Positions 20,378-29,507 of a DNA stretch of 47,640 nucleotides are shown here, in pieces. Numbering within the stretch: the stretch's first letter is position 1; every line of letters starts with the position of its first letter. The position numbers were made by a program, and so were the translations under genes. This stretch comes from Promethearchaeota archaeon (GTDB taxonomy: Archaea; Asgardarchaeota; Lokiarchaeia; Sigyniarchaeales; SOKP01), in assembly GCA_048941285.1 (NCBI GenBank), contig JBHLNS010000026.1, forward strand, positions 1 to 47,640, written 5' to 3'. Under the pieces are notes generated by a model, which saw only the letters and a list, made by a program, of their open reading frames with translations, made no database searches and was not told the DNA's origin.

Positions 20378-21463
20378 ATGCCTATATTAGATCGATCTAA
20401 AATTCGTCCCGAAATTCTTAAAAATATAGATGAGAGTGCAAAGATTCAATTGAAAGGTGTTCTAGAATACCTTAAGCTTGATGAAAATAAAGGATTCAAT
20501 CCGCAAGCTTATATGCAAAAAATTACAGAAGGAAATGATAAATTTTTTGAGATGTTATCTAAGAATGAAGGGGCCGTAGAAGATTTTTATGGATTTTTTA
20601 CTGATGAGGAGATGCTTAAACTTGCTAAATTTTTCCGATTTGTTGTCAACTATTATATAGAGAACCAAGTAAAGCAGCATCCACTGCCGGAAGATGTAAA
20701 AATAGAAGAAACTGTCATTGATGGGGTTCCTGCTGAATGGCAAATAGTACCTGGAGCGAGTGAAAAGAGAGTTATTTTATACTTCCATGGTGGTGGAATG
20801 GTTTTAATGTCTCCTAAGACTCATAGAGCATTAACTATAGAAATAGCAAAATATGCTAAAATGCGATTACTAAGCATAGATTATCGTCTTGCCCCCGAAC
20901 ATTCTCATCCGGCACCTTTAGAAGATTGTGTTAAAGCATATAAATGGCTTCTTTCACAAGGAGTAAAAGCAGAAAATATAGTTATTGCTGGAGATTCAGC
21001 GGGAGGCAATTTAACTCTGACTACTCTAATAAAACTAAAAAATGAAGGAGTTTCCTTACCTATCGGGGCAGTAGCGTTATCACCAGCCACTGATTTTACA
21101 GGAGAAAGTAAAACTTTTTATGAAAATGCTAAAACTGATCCAATTTTAGCAGATAGAGGGATCTTTTGGTGGACCACAGCTTTTTTAGCTGGAGCAGATC
21201 CAAGAGATCCATTGATTTCACCATTATTCGGAGATTTAAAGGGCTTACCCCCATTACTTATACAAGTGAGTACAAGTGAAATGCTTTATGATCATTCTAC
21301 AAGATTTATAGAGAAAGCTAAAAATGCAGGTGTTAATGCTATACTACAAGAATGGAAAGATACTATCCATGTCTTTCAAGGATTTGGATTATACGATTTA
21401 CCGGAAGCAAAAGAAGCTATAATAAAAATAGGAGACTTTATACAGAGCCTTTTTAGGAACTAA
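20378..21463 (+). CDS. Alpha/beta hydrolase, HSL/Aes esterase family
   Basis: YFHGGG, DYRLAPE, GDSAGG, HVF; ATG at 20378 preferred over upstream TTG at 20363. Confidence 0.92.
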   Translation: MPILDRSKIRPEILKNIDESAKIQLKGVLEYLKLDENKGFNPQAYMQKITEGNDKFFEMLSKNEGAVEDFYGFFTDEEMLKLAKFFRFVVNYYIENQVKQHPLPEDVKIEETVIDGVPAEWQIVPGASEKRVILYFHGGGMVLMSPKTHRALTIEIAKYAKMRLLSIDYRLAPEHSHPAPLEDCVKAYKWLLSQGVKAENIVIAGDSAGGNLTLTTLIKLKNEGVSLPIGAVALSPATDFTGESKTFYENAKTDPILADRGIFWWTTAFLAGADPRDPLISPLFGDLKGLPPLLIQVSTSEMLYDHSTRFIEKAKNAGVNAILQEWKDTIHVFQGFGLYDLPEAKEAIIKIGDFIQSLFRN

Positions 21464-21560
21464 ATTTTTGAAAGAAATGGTTATAATTTCAGATCCACAT
21501 ATATTTTTATTTTTTTTTAAAAAAAATCTAATATATTTCCACATAGCCCAAACTTAATAC

Positions 21561-21583
21561 TGAATGGCTCATTTTTGCATTCA
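21561..21583. promoter_or_regulatory. Inverted repeat TGAATG-N11-CATTCA, candidate operator for GNAT array
   Basis: tgaatggctcatttttgcattca just downstream of TATA-like cttaata and ~33 nt before ATG at 21616. Confidence 0.3.
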
Positions 21584-21615
21584 TAACTAAGAAAAAATAT
21601 ATAATTAGTTGAGAA

Positions 21616-22179
21616 ATGTCAGAAAAAAAAGAAGATAACCCCATACCATTTATTGAAGGAGAGAATGTATCTCTTTGTCCTGCAAATATGGATCACATTA
21701 ACTTATATGTTGCTTGGATGAATAATCCTAAAACTAGAAAATATGCTAGATATGAAATGCCCCAGACTATTGATGAAGTCAAAAAGCAATTTGAACCAAA
21801 AAAAGAACCAGTAAAAAGTGATATTTTTTTTGAAATTTGGCACAAAAAAGACAAGAAACCAATAGGTTATGCGGGTTTAATTAGGATTCAGTGGTTTACA
21901 CGTAATGCTCATATTTTTTTCCTTATTGATCCAGAATATTGGAGACAAAATATTGGAACTGAAGCTGGAAAACTAGTGGTAGATTATGCTTATAAAGAAT
22001 TAAATTTGCATAAAATTACTGCTCGAACATTTGCCCCATATAAGACTTCTCAGCGGGTAGCTGAGAAATTAGGCTTTAAGCATGAAATAACGCTTAAAAA
22101 AGAAGTATATATTGACGGTGAACATGTGGATGTTATTGAATATGCTATCTTTAAGGATGATTGGATAAAGTCTCATTAA
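21616..22179 (+). CDS. RimJ/RimL-family GNAT acetyltransferase (array copy 1)
   Basis: FIEGENVSL, WHKKDKKPIG, YW.QNIGTEA, ELNLHKI, AEKLGF. Confidence 0.92.
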   Translation: MSEKKEDNPIPFIEGENVSLCPANMDHINLYVAWMNNPKTRKYARYEMPQTIDEVKKQFEPKKEPVKSDIFFEIWHKKDKKPIGYAGLIRIQWFTRNAHIFFLIDPEYWRQNIGTEAGKLVVDYAYKELNLHKITARTFAPYKTSQRVAEKLGFKHEITLKKEVYIDGEHVDVIEYAIFKDDWIKSH

Positions 22180-22220
22180 AAATCGTATTGGCTTTATGAA
22201 TCAAGTGAAGAGGGTATAAT

Positions 22221-22805
22221 ATGGGAAATAAGGAAGAATTAAATGAAGCCGATGAAATTGAAGCTTTTCCTTTCATTAAAGGAGAATATATTAATCTGTG
22301 CCCTCGAGATTCCAAATTAGCAAAGACTTATGTTCGTTGGAAAAATCACCCTCATGTAAGAAAATTCGCGAGGAATGTTGTACCTAAAACAATAGAGGAC
22401 CAAAAAAAAAGATTTGAAGAAAGCACTAGGGGATTGAGAGATCATATTTCTTTAGATGTGTGGCATAAAAAAGATAAAAAACCCATTGGGGAAATTGGTT
22501 TAGGGCATATAGATTGGATTAATGGTTGGGCAAATGCATTTCTTCAAATTGGTGAAAAAGATTATTGGAATAAAGATATAGGCACCGAGGCTACAAAACT
22601 GCTCGTTGAATATGCATTTAATGAATTAAATCTAAATAAATTGCATGGGGGGGTTGCAGTGGATAATATTGGTTCATGGAGCGTAGCTGGAAAGATTGGA
22701 TTTAAGCTGGAAGGAATTAAAAAACATGAAATGTATGTTGACGGGAAATATATCGATAATAAAATCTATCGATTATTGAAAGAAGATTGGATGAAAAATA
22801 AATAA
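22221..22805 (+). CDS. RimJ/RimL-family GNAT acetyltransferase (copy 2)
   Basis: WHKKDKKPIG, YWNKDIGTEA, AFNELNLNKL, NIGSW. Confidence 0.92.
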   Translation: MGNKEELNEADEIEAFPFIKGEYINLCPRDSKLAKTYVRWKNHPHVRKFARNVVPKTIEDQKKRFEESTRGLRDHISLDVWHKKDKKPIGEIGLGHIDWINGWANAFLQIGEKDYWNKDIGTEATKLLVEYAFNELNLNKLHGGVAVDNIGSWSVAGKIGFKLEGIKKHEMYVDGKYIDNKIYRLLKEDWMKNK

Positions 22806-22878
22806 CACAAAAAAGTTCTTTTGAGGATAAAATAATAAAAATCAATCTATATAGAATAAAATAAAATTTAAAATAAAA

Positions 22879-23463
22879 ATGAATGATAAAAAGAAGAATT
22901 TTATAACACCATTTTTAGAGGGAAAAATAATAAATTTGTGTCCTTTAAACATGGAGCATGTTAATCTTTATACTAAGTGGAGTAATGATCCTGATATACG
23001 TAGATACTCGAGAAACATTATTCCCTGGACCATAGATGAAATTAAAAAATGGTCTGAATTGGAGGAAGACAGAGTTAAAAAAGAAATAGCTTTTGAGATT
23101 TGGCACCGTAAAGATAATAAACCCATTGGTACTGCTGGATTTAGTGATATTAATTGGCCTGATCGTAATGCAAATTTATTTGTAGGAATTGGAGAAATTG
23201 ACTATTGGGGGCAAAATATTGCTGCTGAAGTGAGTAGATTATTATTAGATTATGGATTTGAAGAGCTTAATCTTAATAAGGTTTATAGTAGAATATTTTC
23301 ACCAAATAAACAATCATTACGAGCTGCGGAAAAAATTGGGTTTAAGTATGAAGCAACATTGAAAGAGCATGCATATATTGAGGGTAAATTTGTTAATGAA
23401 CTGAGATTTGCACTCTTTAAGAAAGAGTGGTTAAATCAGAAAGAAATATTAAGTAAAAAGTAA
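22879..23463 (+). CDS. RimJ/RimL-family GNAT acetyltransferase (copy 3)
   Basis: WHRKDNKPIG, YWGQNI, GFEELNLNKV, AEKIGF. Confidence 0.92.
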   Translation: MNDKKKNFITPFLEGKIINLCPLNMEHVNLYTKWSNDPDIRRYSRNIIPWTIDEIKKWSELEEDRVKKEIAFEIWHRKDNKPIGTAGFSDINWPDRNANLFVGIGEIDYWGQNIAAEVSRLLLDYGFEELNLNKVYSRIFSPNKQSLRAAEKIGFKYEATLKEHAYIEGKFVNELRFALFKKEWLNQKEILSKK

Positions 23464-23499
23464 ATTTTAAATAAGAAAAATTAAGACGTAGAAAGAATT

Positions 23500-24078
23500 A
23501 TGAATAATGAAGAGGAAAGAGAAAATAAAGAAATTCCAGTCTTTATTGAAGGTAAATTAATCGATTTAGTCCCTCAAAATTTCGACCATATTAATTTATA
23601 TGTAAAATGGTTGAATGATCCAAAAGTTCGGAAATTTGCTAGATGGGAGATGCCCCGTACAGTTGAAGAGGTTAAAAGATGGTTTGAGCCTCGAGAAGGA
23701 AGAGTACCTTGGTTTATTAGCTTTGAAGTTTGGCATAAGAAAGATAGTAAACCAATAGGACAAGTAGGATTAGCTTGGATAGATTGGGTTAATGGATGGG
23801 CTAATGCTTTTGCTTATATCGGGGAACCTGAATATTGGAGCCAAGGTATTACTACAGAAGCCACGGAATTGCTTGTTGAATATGCATTCAATGAGTTAAA
23901 TCTTAATAAATTACAGGGTGGGGCAGCTATTGAAAATGTAGGTTCGTGGAGTGTTGCTGAAAAAATCGGTTTTAAATTTGAAGGAATAAGAAAAGATGAG
24001 ATGTATGTTGGCGGAAATTATCTTGACGTTAAAACATATCGTGTATCGAAAGAAGAATGGTCGAATTCCAAAAAATAG
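23500..24078 (+). CDS. RimJ/RimL-family GNAT acetyltransferase (copy 4)
   Basis: WHKKDSKPIG, YWSQGITTEA, AFNELNLNKL. Confidence 0.92.
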   Translation: MNNEEERENKEIPVFIEGKLIDLVPQNFDHINLYVKWLNDPKVRKFARWEMPRTVEEVKRWFEPREGRVPWFISFEVWHKKDSKPIGQVGLAWIDWVNGWANAFAYIGEPEYWSQGITTEATELLVEYAFNELNLNKLQGGAAIENVGSWSVAEKIGFKFEGIRKDEMYVGGNYLDVKTYRVSKEEWSNSKK

Positions 24079-24127
24079 GTTATTGAAATTATAGAATATC
24101 CAAAGTTGTGTATGTTTCATAAATAAT

Positions 24128-24742
24128 ATGGAAATTAAAAAACAGAAAGATTCTGAAGAAGTTCCAATCTTTATTGAAGGAGAGACTATATGTTTAATCC
24201 CCCATAATTCAGAATATATTAATTTGTATGTAAAATGGAATAATGATCCAAAAGTTCGAAAATACGCTCGAAGTATTTTCCCTATCAGAGTTGAAGATGC
24301 TAAAAAATGGTTTGAATCAAGCGAGAGGGGTATACCAGATTATATTGGTTTTGTAATTTGGCATAAGAAAGATAAAAAACCAATTGGTACAATAGGATTA
24401 GGACCAGTAAATTGGGTTGATGGTTGGGCAAATTTAGGAGCCTTGATTGGTGAACCAAAGTATTGGAATAAAAATATAGTCACTGAAGCTGCAGAATTAG
24501 TAATTGAATATGCTTTCAACGAATTGAATCTTTTTAAATTACAAGCTTGTGCTGCTATAGAGAACATCGGTTCTTGGACTGTTGCTGAAAAACTTGGATT
24601 CTTATTTGAAGGAATAGGAAAAAATGATATGTATGTTGATGGAAAATATTTAGATGAAAAAAGATATTGTTTATTTAGAGAAGATTGGCTAAACTCTAGA
24701 AAATTGAAACAAAATAGAAAAATGGATTTAACAAGTGATTGA
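24128..24742 (+). CDS. RimJ/RimL-family GNAT acetyltransferase (copy 5)
   Basis: WHKKDKKPIG, YWNKNIVTEA, AFNELNL. Confidence 0.92.
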   Translation: MEIKKQKDSEEVPIFIEGETICLIPHNSEYINLYVKWNNDPKVRKYARSIFPIRVEDAKKWFESSERGIPDYIGFVIWHKKDKKPIGTIGLGPVNWVDGWANLGALIGEPKYWNKNIVTEAAELVIEYAFNELNLFKLQACAAIENIGSWTVAEKLGFLFEGIGKNDMYVDGKYLDEKRYCLFREDWLNSRKLKQNRKMDLTSD

Positions 24743-24746
24743 ATAT

Positions 24747-25313
24747 ATGGACGAAAAAGAAGTTCCCGTCTTTATTGAAGGAAAAAACATATGTCTTATA
24801 CCTCAAAATTCGGAGAATATCAACTTGTATGTAAAATGGTTAAATAATCCTAAAGTGCGCATATATTCTCGCAATATCCTGCCAAAAAGAGTTGAAGATA
24901 TCAAAAAATGGTTTGAACCGCATGAGAGGGGAGCTCCCGGTTTCATCGGTTTTGAGATTTGGCATAAAAAGGATAAAAAAACACTTGGAACTGTTGGTTT
25001 AGGGTGGATAGATTGGATAAATGGGTGGACAAATGTAGGGTTAACAATAGGGGAACCAGCATATTGGAATAAGAATATAGCTACTGAAGCTACTGAATTA
25101 ATTATTGAATATGCTTTCAATGAATTAAACCTAAATAAATTACATGGCGGAGTATGTGTTAAAAATGTAGCTTCATGGAGTGTTGCTGAAAAACTTGGAT
25201 TTAAATTTGAGGGAACAAGGGAAAAAGAATGGTATGTTGATGGAGAATATCTTGGACTTAAAACCTATTGTTTATTAAAAGAAGATTGGTTAAAAATGAA
25301 TCAATTAAAATAA
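24747..25313 (+). CDS. RimJ/RimL-family GNAT acetyltransferase (copy 6)
   Basis: WHKKDKKTLG, YWNKNIATEA; ATG at 24747 preferred over GTG at 24735. Confidence 0.92.
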   Translation: MDEKEVPVFIEGKNICLIPQNSENINLYVKWLNNPKVRIYSRNILPKRVEDIKKWFEPHERGAPGFIGFEIWHKKDKKTLGTVGLGWIDWINGWTNVGLTIGEPAYWNKNIATEATELIIEYAFNELNLNKLHGGVCVKNVASWSVAEKLGFKFEGTREKEWYVDGEYLGLKTYCLLKEDWLKMNQLK

Positions 25314-25349
25314 ATGTATTTTCCCTTCATATTTTTCTACTTGTTTCGA

Positions 25350-26474
25350 TTATGGTAATAAGACAATAAATTTACTCCCCTGACTAAAATCTCCTTTTAT
25401 CTTATCCTCCACCCAGATTCTGCCTTTAAAAGTTTTAAGAATTTTTTTGACTAGAGAAAGACCTAAACCCATCCCCTTTGTTCCTTTGAATTCTCTATTA
25501 CCCTGTTTAAAAATGGTACGCTTTCTATCATCTGATACTCCGATACCATTGTCAATAAATTCAATTCTATTATAAACATTACCATCTATTTTAGTTTTAG
25601 AGATTTTTATGGTAATAATTATATCAGAATTGTCGTTATACTTTACAGAATTATGTAAAATGTTTTCAAAAACATCCTGTATTTGTTCATTTGCATTAAT
25701 AATTACATGATCTTCAGGACAATCAATTTTTATTTGAATATTTCTACTATTATATGATTTTTTAACAAAATCAATAGCCTTTTCCATTAATTCGCAAATT
25801 TCTGTTGGGTGTGCATGTATTTCCTCTTCCTCAAGTTTAGAGAGAGTATGTACATTTGAGACTAATTTGGCACCTCTATCAACCTGCTTATTAATAATAT
25901 TTCTGATTTCTTCTAAAATTTTAGAATTTTTAGAATCATCCTGATGATAAGCAATAAGTTCAATTGAAGAACCAATTATATGAAGGATATTGTTTATATC
26001 ATGAGCAAATAAATCTCTATAAAAATGAGCCCTATTATAGGCTTCTCTGTATTTTTTTTCTGATTCTTCTAATTTCCGTTGTAGATTGTATTTTTCAGTA
26101 ATATCAATAAAAGTACCGTCAATTCTAATTGGATTTCCTTCTTCATCTCTTATTAAATAAGAATTTAGTTCCACTACAATTTTAGTACCATCTTTTTTTA
26201 AGGCATGACAAATATAATTTTTTGTAAAACCGAAATTTAATAAATATTCAATGTATTTATCCCGATCTTCTGGATTCTGCCAGAATCGTCTTACATCAAA
26301 GGATTTTAAACTTCTTAATGGATCATACCCTAAAATAGTATTATGAGCTCGATTATGATTAAGCATTTGACCATCTAATGTCACTTGATAAAACCCCACA
26401 TCAATTGTTTCAAGCAAATTACTATATATTAATTCACTTTCTTTTGATTTTTCAATAGATGTCAAAATTTTCAC
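25350..26474 (-). CDS. Cytoplasmic PAS-domain sensor histidine kinase
   Basis: PAS/PAC (LKKDGTKIVVELN...IDGTFIDITE), H-box FAHDINN, N-box VFENILHNSVKY, DNGIG, GMGLGL. Confidence 0.93.
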   Translation of the reverse strand: MKILTSIEKSKESELIYSNLLETIDVGFYQVTLDGQMLNHNRAHNTILGYDPLRSLKSFDVRRFWQNPEDRDKYIEYLLNFGFTKNYICHALKKDGTKIVVELNSYLIRDEEGNPIRIDGTFIDITEKYNLQRKLEESEKKYREAYNRAHFYRDLFAHDINNILHIIGSSIELIAYHQDDSKNSKILEEIRNIINKQVDRGAKLVSNVHTLSKLEEEEIHAHPTEICELMEKAIDFVKKSYNSRNIQIKIDCPEDHVIINANEQIQDVFENILHNSVKYNDNSDIIITIKISKTKIDGNVYNRIEFIDNGIGVSDDRKRTIFKQGNREFKGTKGMGLGLSLVKKILKTFKGRIWVEDKIKGDFSQGSKFIVLLP

Positions 26475-26740
26475 CCGAGCTTTAAAATGTCTATTATCTT
26501 TTTTTTTTCACAAATGTTTCTTTTAATATCTATAAAAAATATTATATTAAGTGTGCAAAATTCGATGATTATAATAATTGTAAAAATACCCAATTAAAAA
26601 AAGATTCAAAAATTCTATTTGAACGTTCTTTCCTCAAAAACAAAAGGAAAAAATTGAACTTTGATCTTATTTGCTTTGGGTAAATTTATATATTAAAAAA
26701 AAGGAATATAAAAAAAAGAAAATTTAGTATTGATGTGGAG

Positions 26741-26986
26741 TTAACCTCCACCTATTGGAGGAAAGATAGAAACTAAATCTCCCTCTTTTAAAACTGTAGT
26801 AAGATCTTTATGCGGGCGACCATTAACTAAAATAATTGCTCTTCTGTCATCTTCCGGAATATTATATCTGTTAAATAAAAATTCGATTTCAGTATTTTCT
26901 GGAATTGTTAATACTTCTCTAGCTGGGCCGTATTGCCTTAAAGTTGCAAAAAATTTAACAGTTATTGTAATTGTATTATTATTCAT
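26741..26986 (-). CDS. MoaD/ThiS/SAMP-family ubiquitin-like sulfur carrier with C-terminal GG
   Basis: VKFFATLR...LVNG...LKEGDLVSIFPPIGGG; true start probably ATG at 26986, overlapping the upstream stop. Confidence 0.9.
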   Translation of the reverse strand: MNNNTITITVKFFATLRQYGPAREVLTIPENTEIEFLFNRYNIPEDDRRAIILVNGRPHKDLTTVLKEGDLVSIFPPIGGG

Positions 26987-27263
26987 CTTCTTCTCGTTTA
27001 AAATACCATTTGTATAATAATGCCATATTTCGTGGAAATAGTGAAACGCGGTCCCCAGATTTAATCTTTTTCTTATGTCCTGCGTATATTCCATTTACAA
27101 AAATATGGCTAACCTCACTATCTTCAATATTGAACTTTCTGAGAATATCCGATACCCGGCTTATTGCAACTTCATTAATTTTTAATTGTAAAGATAACGT
27201 TCCTGTTACTTTTGGATCTGCTTTTTGTCTTAAATCCCCAAATAATTTTAAATTAATTGGCAT
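26979..27263 (-). CDS. MoaD/ThiS-like protein lacking the terminal GG
   Basis: LKLFGDLR...IFVNG...GDRVSLFP then RNMALLYKWYFKREEDE; ATG at 27263. Confidence 0.85.
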   Translation of the reverse strand: MPINLKLFGDLRQKADPKVTGTLSLQLKINEVAISRVSDILRKFNIEDSEVSHIFVNGIYAGHKKKIKSGDRVSLFPRNMALLYKWYFKREEDE

Positions 27264-27282
27264 ATTTAACGGCCTATTTAAC

Positions 27283-29022
27283 CTAAAATACACTATCTAA
27301 ATCATCATCTGGCACATCAAATACTGTATTGTGCGGTGGGAGTCTTTCTTCCATTATAAATTCTGGAAGTCTGTCATGAATGGCTGTAAATCCTGCTTTC
27401 TTATTGAATTCAAGTTCTATTTCAATAATAGATTTTCCAATTGGGCCAACATCGTTAACAGTTAGATTCGCTCCTAATACACCATTTAATGATTCAACTA
27501 CTCCTTCTAGTCCTTCTGGAATATCAAGTACGGCAAAAGCAATGAAAAGACAGTATCCTGAGGCATCAACTGCAGCAGTAGCTAATTGTAAATTACGTGA
27601 AACTTCAGCTTTCTTTGGATCCATTGGATCTAATGTTCCTCCCACTCCTAAAATTTCTGGAGCAATCGCATATCCAGCAGTATGATCAGCACCCATAGGA
27701 GTCGTGGCGTAAGTTACACCTATTCCTTTAATTGCTCTTGGATCATATGCAGGAAATCCTTGGCCTTTACAGGTTGGAATCCTTGTCACACCTAAAACTT
27801 TACCCGTGATTTCAGTACCTTGAGATAAAATTTTCCCTGTTGGTGTTTTGTTACGTATCTCTTCCATAAGTTTTAAGGCTCCTTCACCATCACCAAATTT
27901 AGTTAATCCTCCTTCCATCGCAACCGCAATCGTGTCACCAGCTTCAATAGTATCACAACCAAGATCATTACAAGCTCGGTTCAGTTCACCAATATTGTCT
28001 AAATTATAGATTCCACAATTTGGTCCAAGGGCCCAAACACTTTCATATTCAAGAACTCCGACAGGATCTTTTCCATCAGGGTTTACCCAGATTTCTGAGC
28101 ATTGTATTATACAACCTGGATTACAAAAGTGAGGTCTAGATCCACCTCTTTTTTTAATAATTTCAGCTTTGGCTTCACCAGAAACTTGTTCAGCTCTATC
28201 ATCTTGACCAGTAGAAAAGTTTCTTTGTGGCAAAGCTCCCGCTTCGTTAATTATATTTACTAGTACAGATGTACCGTATGAATTGAGAGCCCCTTCTGGT
28301 TTTGTAACATCATGTGATGTAAGAGCGTCTCTTAATTTTCTGATACCTGTTTTAAAAACTTCTTCATTAGCAATTTCTACTCCTGGAGCCCCTGTTTCGT
28401 CAACTACTATAAATTTTAAACCTTTTGAAGCCATAACAGCCCCTAAACCACCCCTACCAGCATATCTACTAGGTAACCCTTCTGGATCATTAAAACAAAC
28501 TCCTGACATGGCTCCTAGTAGTTCAGCAGATATCCCAACACTACATATTCCTACTTTATCACCATATTCTTTAAAAATATCTTTATAAACACCATATAAT
28601 CCCTTTCCAGACCATTTATTAGCATTTATGAACTCTCCTCCATCCATAGTTACTTTCAGTAGATAATAATCATCACCTTTATGTTTGCCTTCAACTATTA
28701 TGGCGCCTATTCGCATACGAGCTAACATTTGAGCAAATGGAGTTCCTGCATTTGCTTCTTTGATACCTCCAGTTAAAGGAGACTTTCCTCCTACAGAAAG
28801 CCTTCCACTTGAGGGCGCTTCAGTGCCAGTAACTATCCCCGGAGCAATTACTAATTTATTATGAGGTCCTAATGGATTGCAAGTGGGAGGTACTTCTTTT
28901 GCAACGATTGTTGAAGTCATACCTCTTCCACCTAAAGCAGTATAATCTTTTGGTAGATCCTCATATTTAGCTTCTAAGTTGTTCATATTAACTCTTAATA
29001 TTCTTTTTGGCAAATTTTTCAC
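27283..29022 (-). CDS. aor: Tungsten-containing aldehyde:ferredoxin oxidoreductase family protein
   Basis: KSPLTGGIKEANAG, GRGGLGAVMASKGLK, C..GCIIQC, EYES, DLGCDTIE, AYDPR, GADHT. Confidence 0.93.
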   Translation of the reverse strand: MKNLPKRILRVNMNNLEAKYEDLPKDYTALGGRGMTSTIVAKEVPPTCNPLGPHNKLVIAPGIVTGTEAPSSGRLSVGGKSPLTGGIKEANAGTPFAQMLARMRIGAIIVEGKHKGDDYYLLKVTMDGGEFINANKWSGKGLYGVYKDIFKEYGDKVGICSVGISAELLGAMSGVCFNDPEGLPSRYAGRGGLGAVMASKGLKFIVVDETGAPGVEIANEEVFKTGIRKLRDALTSHDVTKPEGALNSYGTSVLVNIINEAGALPQRNFSTGQDDRAEQVSGEAKAEIIKKRGGSRPHFCNPGCIIQCSEIWVNPDGKDPVGVLEYESVWALGPNCGIYNLDNIGELNRACNDLGCDTIEAGDTIAVAMEGGLTKFGDGEGALKLMEEIRNKTPTGKILSQGTEITGKVLGVTRIPTCKGQGFPAYDPRAIKGIGVTYATTPMGADHTAGYAIAPEILGVGGTLDPMDPKKAEVSRNLQLATAAVDASGYCLFIAFAVLDIPEGLEGVVESLNGVLGANLTVNDVGPIGKSIIEIELEFNKKAGFTAIHDRLPEFIMEERLPPHNTVFDVPDDDLDSVF

Positions 29023-29207
29023 CTCTATTTAATTGGCATTATATGATGTGGTTTGCTTATTATTTATAACTTATTATAATAAAATTAATTTCGATATGTA
29101 TAGAGAACCCTATCGATCTTTCAAGAGAGAAAAACCTATTTTAAGTTATTGATTATTTAGAAATAACCGTACTCTTATATCAAAGTAAATAATTTGTATA
29201 TATTGAA

Positions 29208-29486
29208 ATGAGTAATCCAAAGCATCAAGAAAAACAATTTCTCTTTTTTAAGATTGTACAAAGTGGAGAAAGAATTAAAATTCCTTTGACAAAGGAAAAC
29301 CTAACTAGCGAAATGAAAGAGATTTATTTAATACTTTTAAAGGATCTAAAGCTAAAGCAAAAAGATGTCTATATTAGTAATGAAGAAGGAAAGATGATTG
29401 GAGATTTTGATTTGAAATTATCTTTAGAAGATATTATAAATAAGTTTGGTAATAAGTTAAAGCTCTATTATGAAAAAATAATCTAA
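29208..29486 (+). CDS. Small protein with probable ubiquitin-like beta-grasp fold (no GG)
   Basis: Pattern beta(FLFFKIV)-beta(RIKIPL)-helix(EMKEIYLILLKDL)-beta(VYIS)-EGKMI-(SLEDII)-beta(LKLYY). Confidence 0.55.
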   Translation: MSNPKHQEKQFLFFKIVQSGERIKIPLTKENLTSEMKEIYLILLKDLKLKQKDVYISNEEGKMIGDFDLKLSLEDIINKFGNKLKLYYEKII

Positions 29487-29507
29487 TTAAGCTGAATCTA
29501 GAATTAT

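Noticed and set aside
26741-27094. 117-aa N-terminally extended MoaD from the ORF track
   Set aside because: The extension overlaps the upstream MoaD-like gene in another frame; similarity starts at MNNNT (26986)
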